Shown: one piece after another, positions 16,120-24,369 of the stretch
How the letters are laid out: every line of letters begins with the position of its first letter
How positions within the stretch are numbered: position 1 is the first letter of the stretch
Program-made: the position numbers and the translations under genes
Assembly (NCBI GenBank): GCA_027023145.1
Contig: JALVWV010000196.1
Span: 1-36,676 of the forward strand
Source: Campylobacteraceae bacterium
Lineage (GTDB): Bacteria; Campylobacterota; Campylobacteria; Campylobacterales; Sulfurovaceae
Reading direction: 5' to 3'
DNA length: 36,676 bases
The notes under the pieces: generated by a model
What the model was told of the DNA's origin: nothing
Databases searched by the model: none
Seen by the model: only the letters and a program-made list of their open reading frames with translations

Positions 16120-16740
16120 GTGTCTCTCCAGCCCCGTGTGGTCAATGCCATGTTTGTCAAATCCGCCCAAAGTATCCGTGATGCGCTCGAAGAGAGTATG
16201 AGCGAAGTGGTGTTTCTGGGGCGCTCCAATGTCGGTAAGAGCTCCACTATCAACACCCTGACCCACCGCAAAAATCTCGCCAAAAGCTCCTCCACTCCGG
16301 GCAAGACACAATTGATCAACTTTTTTAATGTCGAGTACCGTCTCGGCGATGAGCCTTACGGCGTGCGGTACGTCGATCTGCCGGGCTTTGGGTATGCGCG
16401 GGTCTCCAAATCGCTCAAGGAAGTATGGCAGAAAAACCTCGTGGAGTACATCGAAGAGCGGGTGGCGATCCGGCTCTTTATCCACCTGCGGGATGCCCGA
16501 CACCCCCATGCGGCGATTGATGACGACGTGGCGCGGTACATCGGAGAGTTTATCCGCCCCGATCAGCGCTATCTGACTGTCTTTACCAAAATCGATAAAC
16601 TCAACCAAAAAGAACGTGCCGCCCTCAAGCGGGAGTTTCCCGGATCCATCACCCTCTCCAACCTCAAGAAGAGTGGCGAAGAGCGGGTGCATCGGGAGAT
16701 TTTCGAGACAATCTTCGGAGCGATTGAGGAGGACACGTGA
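16120..16740 (+). CDS. engB: ribosome biogenesis GTP-binding protein YihA/EngB
   Basis: 206-aa ORF with a GTG start. G1 GRSNVGKSS, G3 DLPGFGYA, G4 TKIDK. Confidence 0.9.
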   Translation: MSLQPRVVNAMFVKSAQSIRDALEESMSEVVFLGRSNVGKSSTINTLTHRKNLAKSSSTPGKTQLINFFNVEYRLGDEPYGVRYVDLPGFGYARVSKSLKEVWQKNLVEYIEERVAIRLFIHLRDARHPHAAIDDDVARYIGEFIRPDQRYLTVFTKIDKLNQKERAALKREFPGSITLSNLKKSGEERVHREIFETIFGAIEEDT

Positions 16741-17207
16741 TTGAACTGACCAAAGCTACCCTCCATGATATTCCAGCGATGCAGCAGCTCGTTTCCGAAG
16801 AGGTCAGTACGGGTGTGATCCTTGAGCGCAGCGACGATGAGCTGGCCACCAATATCCGCAGCTACGTCCTTGCCAGAGACGAAGGGTATCTCGTCGGCTA
16901 CACGGCGCTGCACATCCATTCACCTCGACTGGCGGAGATCCGCAGTCTCATCGTCGATCCGACATTCCGGGGGCAGTCGGTGGGCAGGCAGATGGTACTG
17001 TTTGCTCTTGAAGAGGCGCGTGAGCTCGGGGTCGAAGAGGTGCTGGCACTGACGTACGTGCCGGACTTTTTCCGCAAGCTGGGCTTCGAAGAGATCGCCA
17101 AAGAGAGCCTCCCTGAGCAGAAGATCTGGACCGACTGTATCAAGTGTATCCACTTCCCGGTCTGCAACGAGGTCTCCCTCATTTATACGTTGAACCCGGA
17201 GCCATGA
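16737..17207 (+). CDS. GNAT-family N-acetyltransferase (short amino-acid N-acetyltransferase-like)
   Basis: 156-aa ORF. Acetyl-CoA motif RGQSVGRQM. C-terminal KIWTDCIKCIHFPVCNE. GTGA overlap with engB. Confidence 0.75.
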   Translation: MIELTKATLHDIPAMQQLVSEEVSTGVILERSDDELATNIRSYVLARDEGYLVGYTALHIHSPRLAEIRSLIVDPTFRGQSVGRQMVLFALEEARELGVEEVLALTYVPDFFRKLGFEEIAKESLPEQKIWTDCIKCIHFPVCNEVSLIYTLNPEP

Positions 17208-17210
17208 TCC

Positions 17211-17660
17211 GTGCACAATCGATGGTTTTTCCTCAAAATCCTCCTGGGATTGTTCCTGATCCTGTTTGTGATCCTCTACCCGATGCTGATCTCAATTTAT
17301 GTCTTTTTGCCCCTGTTTATCGGCTTCGCCGGGTGGTCGCTGGTACGGGGGATCGATGGCGAGGGCTGGGGGTATATTCTCTTTCCTCTGATATACTTGA
17401 CCAATCTCGAAATCAACCTCTCGCTACCGTTGATGATGGTCGTGTTTGCGACGTTACTGTATTATCTGACTTTGTACGAACGTGTTCTGGTGCTCAAAAA
17501 ATGCCGGGTATGTGTGGCGGTATTGAGTGTGGTGTTGATCGACCTGTATTATCTCGGATCACTGATTGTGTATGATGTGGTGATGGATACCGGCAGTATC
17601 GTGATCGATAAACTTCTGTGGTATTCGCTTTTGGCGGATATCTTCATGGCGGTGTTGTGA
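17211..17660 (+). CDS. small polytopic membrane protein translationally coupled to mrdA; possibly MreD-like
   Basis: 149-aa hydrophobic ORF with a GTG start. Its stop overlaps the mrdA ATG (ATGA-type overlap at 17658-17662). The MreD assignment rests on position only. Confidence 0.5.
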   Translation: MHNRWFFLKILLGLFLILFVILYPMLISIYVFLPLFIGFAGWSLVRGIDGEGWGYILFPLIYLTNLEINLSLPLMMVVFATLLYYLTLYERVLVLKKCRVCVAVLSVVLIDLYYLGSLIVYDVVMDTGSIVIDKLLWYSLLADIFMAVL

Positions 17661-19606
17661 TGCGGTACAAGATCATCGGGTTGGTGTTTGCTGTGATTTG
17701 GGGGTTGTTGATTTATCAGCTGTACCAGATCAGCATCAAATCCAATCTTTACTACGAGCGTCTTGCCAAAGAGAACATTGAGCGCAAGAGTTATCTCAAG
17801 CCAGTGCGGGGAGAGATTCTTGATAGCAAAGGTGATTTTCTCGCGATTAACAAGATGGGCTTTTCCCTCTCGATTGCCCCATATCTCCGCCGCAAAAAAG
17901 GGGCACTCGATGAGGTGATTGCTGAGATCCAGCGCTATTTTCCCGATATCAATGCAACGGTGATGCGTAAAGTGTACAAAAAGCACAGTTCACCCTACAA
18001 CCACAAATACATCAAGGTGATCGATTTTATCTCCTATGACCAGATGATCCGCAACTACGCGAACATCGCCGAAGATCCCCGCATCCACATCACGGCGGAG
18101 ACCAAGCGCTATTATCCACAGGGCTATTATGCTGCGCATATCGTCGGCTACATTGGCCGATCCAATGCCAAAGAGAACAAAGCCGATCCAGTCGTTGCGC
18201 AGGTGGGACGGACAGGCAAAAGTGGACTGGAGCGCTACTACAACACGCTTCTTGAAGGGGAGCTGGGCTATGACATCAGTAAAGTCAATGCACGCAATCA
18301 GGCGCTTGAGCTCCTCGAACACAAACAGCCGGTGAGCAATCGAAACTTGCAAGTCTCACTGGATATGGATCTACAGAAATACGTTTACAAACGTCTCCAT
18401 AAACTGGCCGCCGTGGTAGTGGTCATGCGCACCACTGGTGAGGTGCTCGCGGCGGTGAGCAATCCGAGCTACGACCCCAATCTCTTCGTCACGGGGATCA
18501 GCCACAAAGACTGGCGGGCGCTCCAAGCCAACCTTGGTCACCCGTTTACCAACAAATTCATCCACGCTGTCTATCCTCCCGGTTCTGTGATCAAGATGGG
18601 AGTGGCACTGGCTGCTTCCCGGGTCAAGGACAAAGAGACGGATGAGAATGTTTTGGATCAGCATGAATTCTGCAAAGGGTATATCCAGATTGACAAAAGC
18701 AAACACAAATTTCGCTGTTGGAATAAATGGGGACATCGGGACGTCGATCCGGTCAAAGCGATCCGGGAGAGTTGTGATGTGTTTTTCTACAACAAAGGGC
18801 TCAAAGTAGGGATCAATCGCCTCTCGAAAACGCTGCATGAAATTGGTCTGGGGATCAAAACTGGGTTGGATCTTCCCCGTGAATACAATGGAATCATCCC
18901 CGATAAGAAATGGAAGATGAAGCGGTACCATTTGCCGTGGTACAAAGGGGAGACGGTCATCGCTGCGATTGGCCAGGGGTACGACAATGTCACTCCGATG
19001 CAGGTGGCACGCTATACCGATTTTCTCGCTACGGGTCGGCTGGTGCAGCCGACATTTGCGACGAAGATCAACGGAAAGCCGGTTAAAATTCCCTACAAAA
19101 TTATCCCGTTTGATCCCCATGTGATGCAAGAAGTTCGGCAAGGGATGTATGATGTGTGTAATGCTTACAAGGGGACAGCCTATCGGACACTCCGGAAGGA
19201 GGTGACGGGATTGCCGTTTGCTGTCGCCGGCAAGACTGGTACAGCGCAAGTGGTTTCGATTCCTCAGGAGATCAAAAAACGGGTCAAAGAGGGGGATATG
19301 AAGTATTTCCGAAAATCCCATGCTTGGATCACGACCTATGCTCCATACAAAAAGCCTGAATACATTGTAACGGTTCTGATTGAGCATGGAGGGCATGGGG
19401 GGAGTGCTGCTGGCCCCATAGCAGCAGACATTTACAAGTGGCTGTTTGCCAACGGATATTTCAAGGGATATCCGCGTCAGGAGACTCCGGTGAAAACCGA
19501 AGCCCAAAAAGCCGAAGAGGCAGCACGGGAAAAAGCCTTTTTTGACAAGTTGAGACAGCAGCAGCTCACCGTACCTGAACAAACCGCCCCGCTGCCCGAT
19601 CTTTGA
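17660..19606 (+). CDS. mrdA: penicillin-binding protein 2 (elongasome transpeptidase)
   Basis: The ORF track starts at 17618; I prefer ATG 17660 (MRYKIIGLVF, the TM anchor). Transpeptidase motifs PGSVIK (SxxK) and KTGTA. Low-complexity C-terminal tail. Confidence 0.9.
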   Translation: MRYKIIGLVFAVIWGLLIYQLYQISIKSNLYYERLAKENIERKSYLKPVRGEILDSKGDFLAINKMGFSLSIAPYLRRKKGALDEVIAEIQRYFPDINATVMRKVYKKHSSPYNHKYIKVIDFISYDQMIRNYANIAEDPRIHITAETKRYYPQGYYAAHIVGYIGRSNAKENKADPVVAQVGRTGKSGLERYYNTLLEGELGYDISKVNARNQALELLEHKQPVSNRNLQVSLDMDLQKYVYKRLHKLAAVVVVMRTTGEVLAAVSNPSYDPNLFVTGISHKDWRALQANLGHPFTNKFIHAVYPPGSVIKMGVALAASRVKDKETDENVLDQHEFCKGYIQIDKSKHKFRCWNKWGHRDVDPVKAIRESCDVFFYNKGLKVGINRLSKTLHEIGLGIKTGLDLPREYNGIIPDKKWKMKRYHLPWYKGETVIAAIGQGYDNVTPMQVARYTDFLATGRLVQPTFATKINGKPVKIPYKIIPFDPHVMQEVRQGMYDVCNAYKGTAYRTLRKEVTGLPFAVAGKTGTAQVVSIPQEIKKRVKEGDMKYFRKSHAWITTYAPYKKPEYIVTVLIEHGGHGGSAAGPIAADIYKWLFANGYFKGYPRQETPVKTEAQKAEEAAREKAFFDKLRQQQLTVPEQTAPLPDL

Positions 19607-20060
19607 TTACCTCAAAGTGTGTCCCGAACTGCCCGTTCATGGCGAGATACACCCCATCCTTCTCCAGCGCCTGAGCATACCCAATAGCTGAGGCAAGATT
19701 GGCAGTTGCTTCAACCGGATCGATTGACCATGGGACCATGGCTCCGGTGAAGACTATGTGTTTGGGGAGTCGCGCTGCGGCGACGGTATCGGCACTCTGA
19801 TCGATCGTATCGGTACCGTGGATGACGACGATTGCCTTTTCCTGCGCATTTCGTATCGTCTCAAGCAGTGTATGACGATCTTGGTCGTCCATCTCGAGGG
19901 AATCCTTGCCAAGGATGCTCTGGATGCGATAGCCAGCCTGCCAATGCTCAAGGAGCCGGTGGAGCGATGTGGAGCTGGGGTCGACCTCCAACTGACCGTT
20001 GAGGGGGTTGTAGATTTTGTTGAAGGTGCCGCCAGTGGAGAGGAGGAGGATGGGTTTCAC
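19566..20060 (-). CDS. asparaginase/glutaminase N-terminal-domain protein (half-size, 164 aa)
   Basis: LLLSTGGTFNK (asparaginase TGGT nucleophile context) and VVIHGTDT. Only the N-terminal domain is present. The 3-prime end overlaps the mrdA 3-prime end by 41 bp. Confidence 0.6.
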   Translation of the reverse strand: MKPILLLSTGGTFNKIYNPLNGQLEVDPSSTSLHRLLEHWQAGYRIQSILGKDSLEMDDQDRHTLLETIRNAQEKAIVVIHGTDTIDQSADTVAAARLPKHIVFTGAMVPWSIDPVEATANLASAIGYAQALEKDGVYLAMNGQFGTHFEVIKDRAAGRFVQVR

Positions 20061-20115
20061 ATGGTGACCTTTTTTGTTTTTTTATCTCTTCTTGGTGTAG
20101 ATTCTACCTAAATCG

Positions 20116-20124
20116 TGGTAAAAT
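20116..20124 (+). promoter_or_regulatory. candidate fabI extended -10 (TGgTAAAAT)
   Basis: Located 27 nt upstream of ATG 20152, with GGAGG at 20141-20145. Confidence 0.4.
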
Positions 20125-20130
20125 ATCTAA

Positions 20131-21007
<877 letters not shown>

Positions 21008-21014
21008 TTGGTAT

Positions 21015-21035
21015 GCATTGCTTCGCAATGTTTTT
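21015..21035 (+). terminator. terminator-like hairpin CATTGC-TTC-GCAATG plus TTTTT (variant of the GCGTTGC module)
   Basis: Downstream of fabI, in the same position within the cassette as at the other loci. Confidence 0.55.
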
Positions 21036-21089
21036 ATATGAAAAGGGGTTGGGACTTCAGTCCCATAAACATCGCTTGCGATGTATCGT

Positions 21090-21111
21090 GTAGGGTGCGC
21101 AATTGCGCACC
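21090..21111 (+). repeat. GTAG-headed palindrome GTAGGGTGCGCAATTGCGCACC (REP-like)
   Basis: Perfect 18-bp palindrome GGTGCGCAATTGCGCACC preceded by GTAG. Confidence 0.9.
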
Positions 21112-21127
21112 TTCCAACGGTATTTCT

Positions 21128-21205
21128 CCGGAAGCGGAGACTTCAGTCCCGCCAAAAGGTCAAACAACACAGCAACCTTAGGGTGAGGCTGAAGCCTTCA
21201 CTTCC
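21128..21205 (-). mobile_element. 78-bp TIR-bounded MITE/REPIN-like element, copy 1 (inverted relative to copies 2 and 3)
   Basis: The reverse complement aligns along its full length with 26806-26884 and 32810-32887. The arms GGAAGTGAAGGCTTCAGCCTCACC and CCGGAAGCGGAGACTTCAGTCCCGCC are inverted repeats of each other. Confidence 0.7.
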
Positions 21206-21228
21206 AGATAAATCGCGTTGCGATTTTT

Positions 21229-21249
21229 GTGTGCTGTTGCACACCCTAC
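21229..21249 (-). repeat. GTAG-headed palindrome on the minus strand (GTAGGGTGTGCAACAGCACAC)
   Basis: Reverse complement of gtgtgctgttgcacaccctac. The adjacent AATCGCGTTGCGATT hairpin (21211-21225) matches the module order seen at 30909-30947 and 34501-34539. Confidence 0.85.
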
Positions 21250-21263
21250 ACGGGTATGACTCA

Positions 21264-21438
21264 ATGAATAATGAAAAATGAAAAATGAATAATGAATAAT
21301 GAAAGATGAAAGATGAAAGATGAAAGATGAAAGATGAAAAATGAAAGATGAAAAATGAAAGATGAAAAATGAAAGATGAAAAATGAAAAATGAATAATGA
21401 ATAATGAAAGATGAAAGATGAAAGATGAAAAATGAATG
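21264..21438 (+). repeat. 25-unit tandem heptamer array ATGAAAR/ATGAATA; the last unit contains the TrmH-family start codon
   Basis: I counted 24 complete units over 21264-21431 (168 bp): ata aaa aaa ata ata aag x5 aaa aag aaa aag aaa aag aaa aaa ata ata aag x3 aaa. Unit 25 is ATGAATG at 21432. Confidence 0.95.
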
Positions 21439-22193
21439 AAAAAAAAGACTCCGAAGCGTACCTCGCCAAAAAAGCCTTCTTCGATAAAGTGCTGACCCTC
21501 TATGGTCGTCATGCGGTGATGGAGGCTCTTTTGGATGAGGCTTTGACGATCCATAAGCTCCATCTCTCCACTTCTAACAAACCCTCTGACGAGATCGATC
21601 GGATGGTTCAGATCGCCGATGCGCGGGGGATTCCTGTTGCACACCACGACAAGCAGGCGCTTTCGCGCATCTCCCGAAATGCCAGACAAGATCAGGGGGT
21701 GGCACTGGATGTGGTGATGGATCATTTTGTGGATGAGGCGGAGTTTTTAAAGCAGGAGCGTTATCGGATTATCGCTCTTGACGGCGTGACCAATCCGCAG
21801 AATCTGGGGATGATTATCCGCTCGTGTGCGGCGGGGCGGGTCGATGCACTGCTGCTGCCGACCAGAGGCAATGCCCAGATTTCTCCACTGGTGATTCAGG
21901 CGAGTGCCGGGACGCTTTTTCGCCTGCCGATTATCAAAACCTCCGATCTTGTTGCTTCGCTGGAGCGCTTTAGAGAGCAGGGCGCAAGGGTGTATGCTCT
22001 CGAAGCCGATGCTCCTCTTGATTATCGTGAAGTGCCAGTTGAGGGGAAAAATATCTTTGTCCTCGGCAATGAATCAGAAGGGATCTCCCCGGCAGTCTCC
22101 CGTACCTGCAATGCTGCCATTGCCATCCCCATGGCACGCGGCGTCGAATCGCTCAACGTCGCCGTGACCGCTTCGCTTTTGGCCTTTTGTTAG
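21432..22193 (+). CDS. TrmH/SpoU-family RNA 2-prime-O-methyltransferase (RlmB-like)
   Basis: 253-aa ORF with LYGRHAVMEAL, ALDGVTNPQNLGMIIRS, VLGNESEGIS, GVESLNVAV. The ATG at 21432 is the first in-frame ATG after a TGA and is itself the 25th unit of the upstream heptamer array. Confidence 0.85.
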   Translation: MNEKKDSEAYLAKKAFFDKVLTLYGRHAVMEALLDEALTIHKLHLSTSNKPSDEIDRMVQIADARGIPVAHHDKQALSRISRNARQDQGVALDVVMDHFVDEAEFLKQERYRIIALDGVTNPQNLGMIIRSCAAGRVDALLLPTRGNAQISPLVIQASAGTLFRLPIIKTSDLVASLERFREQGARVYALEADAPLDYREVPVEGKNIFVLGNESEGISPAVSRTCNAAIAIPMARGVESLNVAVTASLLAFC

Positions 22194-22197
22194 CACC

Positions 22198-22620
22198 GTG
22201 GTTTACCTCTCGCTCTTTATCACTGCCTTCATCTCGGCAACCCTTTGGCCGATGGGGAGTGAAGCCGTCCTCCTCTACGATATCACGCAGGGACACCCCA
22301 TCCTAGCTCTCTGGGCAGTAGCTACCGCCGGCAACACCCTCGGAGCGACACTCAACTACTGGATGGGTCTGGGTGGTGAAGCGATGCTCGAAGAGCGCGG
22401 CCGCATCCGCCCTGGAGCCCTCCGCCCTATCCACCGCTATTTCGAGCGTTATGGGGCGGCGACCCTGCTGCTGAGCTGGCTGCCGATTGTCGGGGATCTC
22501 TTTACCTTCGTAGCCGGGATTGTGCGGTATCCTTTTTGGCGGTTTGTCGTGTGGGTGCTAGTGGCCAAAGGAGGACGGTATGCGGTGTTGGTGTGGGGGG
22601 TGTTGCGGGTTGCGGGTTAG
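22198..22620 (+). CDS. YqaA/DedA-related (SNARE-associated domain) membrane protein
   Basis: 140-aa ORF with a GTG start, containing FISATLWPMGSEAVL and ATAGNTLGATLNYWMG. The last 7 codons lie in a heptamer array. Confidence 0.7.
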   Translation: MVYLSLFITAFISATLWPMGSEAVLLYDITQGHPILALWAVATAGNTLGATLNYWMGLGGEAMLEERGRIRPGALRPIHRYFERYGAATLLLSWLPIVGDLFTFVAGIVRYPFWRFVVWVLVAKGGRYAVLVWGVLRVAG

Positions 22621-22641
22621 GGGTTACGTGTTACGTTTTGG
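22600..22641 (+). repeat. heptamer array GTGTTGC GGGTTGC GGGTTAG GGGTTAC GTGTTAC GTTTTGG spanning the stop of the yqaA-like gene
   Basis: Read directly. The stop codon TAG (22618-22620) lies inside unit 3. Confidence 0.9.
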
Positions 22642-22675
22642 TATGGGGTTTAAACATCGCAACGTGATGTATCAC

Positions 22676-22794
22676 GTAGGGTGTTGTGCCCTCACAACAC
22701 CGAAATGGCCATACGGTGCAATGGGTTCCATGATTGTATCGGAATGTTTTTTGATTGTCGTATCAATTGGTGTTGTCGGGGGACAACACCCTAT
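22676..22794. repeat. inverted doublet of GTAG-headed palindromes (GTAGGGTGTTGTGCCCTCACAACACC at 22676-22701 on the plus strand; ATAGGGTGTTGTCCCCCGACAACACC at 22769-22794 on the minus strand)
   Basis: 9-bp stems GGTGTTGTG/CACAACACC and GGTGTTGTC/GACAACACC, arranged head to head with a 67-bp spacer. Confidence 0.85.
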
Positions 22795-22811
22795 GGGAAA
22801 TGTGATATGAA

Positions 22812-23723
22812 TTATTTTTTGAGGCTTTTGTAAATCCGCTCCATCCCCGGCACCTCCACCCCCAACCGTTCCCCTTCATGGACGATATACCCGCACAACG
22901 CTTCAACCTCGGCGGGTTTGCCCTGCTCGATGTCAAGCTGGAGGGAGGTTTTGGCTCCAGGGGCGACTTTGGCGGCCTGGGTGAGGGCGGCGGTGATATG
23001 TTCTTCGGTCAGGGGGATATCTTTGACCTGCGCGACGGCTGTAATTTCCCGCATGAGGGTTTCCAGTTCTTCAGCATGTTCGGTAGTGATGGCATTCATG
23101 GGTTTGTTATGGTAAGCTGTCAGGGCGGCGAAGGCGGAGATGAAGAGGTATTTTTTCCAATTATCAAGTGTGATGGAGTCGCTGTAGTGGTGGCGGAGTC
23201 CGGCGGTGTCGAAGAGCTCGGTGAGGGCGTGGACGATGGCAGGGTCGACTGCCTGTTTGCTCCCCCAAACGAGGCGGAAGACTTTGCCCCGCTTGCGGAC
23301 CGTGCCGGGGGCGGTGATGTTGGAGAGGATGTAGATGTGGCCGTCGAGGATGGTGGAGTTGGGGTAGTATCGGCGGATGGTATCGGCATGTCCGACGCCG
23401 TTAAGGAGGGGGAGGAGGATGGTGTTGGAGGTGATGGTGGGTTTCAGCTGCTTCAGCGTCGCTTCCAGGGAGGTGGCTTTGACACTGAGGATGATGAGGT
23501 CAAAGGTGCCCAGCTCTCCGGGATTGTCGGTTGCCTGAGCTGGATGGACGGTGTAGTGCTCGTTATCTTCTTCGATCCTCAGACCCTTTTCCCGGATCGC
23601 TTCAAGATGCTTACCTCGTGCCAGCAGAGAGACGTGGGCATCGGTGTGGCGGATCAGCTGAGCGCCGACGTAGCTTCCTACTCCGCCGCTGCCGGCGATG
23701 AGGATTGTGGTGATGGGATTCAT
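22812..23723 (-). CDS. panE: 2-dehydropantoate 2-reductase
   Basis: The ORF track starts at 23807; I prefer ATG 23723 (MNPITTILIAGSGGVGSYVG, a Rossmann GxGxxG at the N-terminus). KTSLQLDIEQGKPAEVEAL is typical of the ApbA C-terminal domain. The ATG lies 1 nt after the stop of the upstream gene. Confidence 0.85.
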   Translation of the reverse strand: MNPITTILIAGSGGVGSYVGAQLIRHTDAHVSLLARGKHLEAIREKGLRIEEDNEHYTVHPAQATDNPGELGTFDLIILSVKATSLEATLKQLKPTITSNTILLPLLNGVGHADTIRRYYPNSTILDGHIYILSNITAPGTVRKRGKVFRLVWGSKQAVDPAIVHALTELFDTAGLRHHYSDSITLDNWKKYLFISAFAALTAYHNKPMNAITTEHAEELETLMREITAVAQVKDIPLTEEHITAALTQAAKVAPGAKTSLQLDIEQGKPAEVEALCGYIVHEGERLGVEVPGMERIYKSLKK

Positions 23724-23724
23724 G

Positions 23725-24201
23725 CTATTTGTTCTTTGTGATGATAGCACCGCTGGCTTCGTCGAGGTCGGCAGCCATGATTTTGACGAGTTTGAGGCAG
23801 TTGGCATCTTTCATGTTGTGCTTGAGTGTCCAGTATTCTGGGTTGGTATAGACCAGGGTGACTTTTCCACTGAGCTCTCGGTAGACCCCGATACGCACTG
23901 GAAGATCGGCGGCCAGTGTCGGGTTGCAGTCGAGGAGCTTGGAGTCGATGAGAGGGTTGCTCAGATCGACGCTGAGGGTGGGTTTGAGGTACATTTTTTC
24001 CTGAGTCGCCAGCGGGGTGTGATCCATCTGGTGGATAGGGGTGTATTGTTTGGGGGCAAGTGCTTTGCTGAAGCGGGCGAGGGTCTCGGTCGTGTTGTAG
24101 TCGCTGACGGTTTTGTGGATGAAGGTGCTCTCCCCGGTCTTGGTGCATCCGGTGAGGGCGAGGAGGGCGGTGAGGGTGAGGAGGGGGAGGAGGTGTTTCA
24201 T
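23725..24201 (-). CDS. DUF302-domain lipoprotein
   Basis: 158-aa ORF. Lipobox LALTGCT. Matches the DUF302 pattern I recall: MDH...A, NP..., DLPVRIGVY...GKVTLVYTNPEY. Confidence 0.65.
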   Translation of the reverse strand: MKHLLPLLTLTALLALTGCTKTGESTFIHKTVSDYNTTETLARFSKALAPKQYTPIHQMDHTPLATQEKMYLKPTLSVDLSNPLIDSKLLDCNPTLAADLPVRIGVYRELSGKVTLVYTNPEYWTLKHNMKDANCLKLVKIMAADLDEASGAIITKNK

Positions 24202-24220
24202 TCGGGTGTCCTTTTTGCGT

Positions 24221-24248
24221 GTTAAGTGCTACGTGTTACGTGTTGCGT
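24221..24248 (+). repeat. heptamer array GTTAAGT GCTACGT GTTACGT GTTGCGT followed by TTTTGG
   Basis: Read directly, upstream of the DUF302 lipoprotein gene. Confidence 0.8.
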
Positions 24249-24251
24249 TTT

Positions 24252-24299
24252 GGAGTTGGGACTTCAAGCCTTATTAAACGGGACTAAAGTCCCTACTCC
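24252..24299. repeat. extended stem-loop GGAGTTGGGACT...AGTCCCTACTCC enclosing a GGGACTAAAGTCCC hairpin
   Basis: 12-bp outer stem with one mismatch. It is related to GGAGTAGGGACTTCAGTCCC at 31514-31533. Confidence 0.7.
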
Positions 24300-24305
24300 A
24301 TCAAT

Positions 24306-24326
24306 AAAAGCGTTGCTGCGCAACGC
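24306..24326 (-). terminator. intrinsic terminator of ychF (minus strand GCGTTGC-GCA-GCAACGC plus TTTTATT)
   Basis: 7-bp stem at 24310-24326 with an A-run at 24306-24309 on the plus strand. It is the same module as at the plus-strand loci. Confidence 0.65.
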
Positions 24327-24332
24327 AACCAA

Positions 24333-24367
24333 AACTCCTAATTCCTAATTCCTCACTCCTAATTCAC
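24333..24367 (-). repeat. heptamer array on the minus strand (GTGAATT AGGAGTG AGGAATT AGGAATT AGGAGTT), starting 2 nt after the ychF stop
   Basis: Reverse complement of aactcct aattcct aattcct cactcct aattcac. Confidence 0.9.
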
Positions 24368-24369
24368 AT

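Noticed and set aside
21143-21725. Minus-strand ORFs through the heptamer array that encode FIFHLSSFIFH... repeats (21143-21469, 21261-21725).
   Set aside because: They are a by-product of a 7-bp repeat that stays open on one strand. There is no RBS or plausible start context, and the second ORF runs antisense into the TrmH-family gene.
22812-23807. N-terminal extensions given by the ORF track for panE (to 23807), nusB (from 30981), the ABM gene (from 15491), mrdA (from 17618) and the ATPase (TTG at 11109).
   Set aside because: The extensions run into upstream genes or repeat DNA and lack an RBS. Internal ATGs give canonical N-termini (Rossmann GxGxxG, MATRRQAR, a CAGGAG RBS, a TM anchor).
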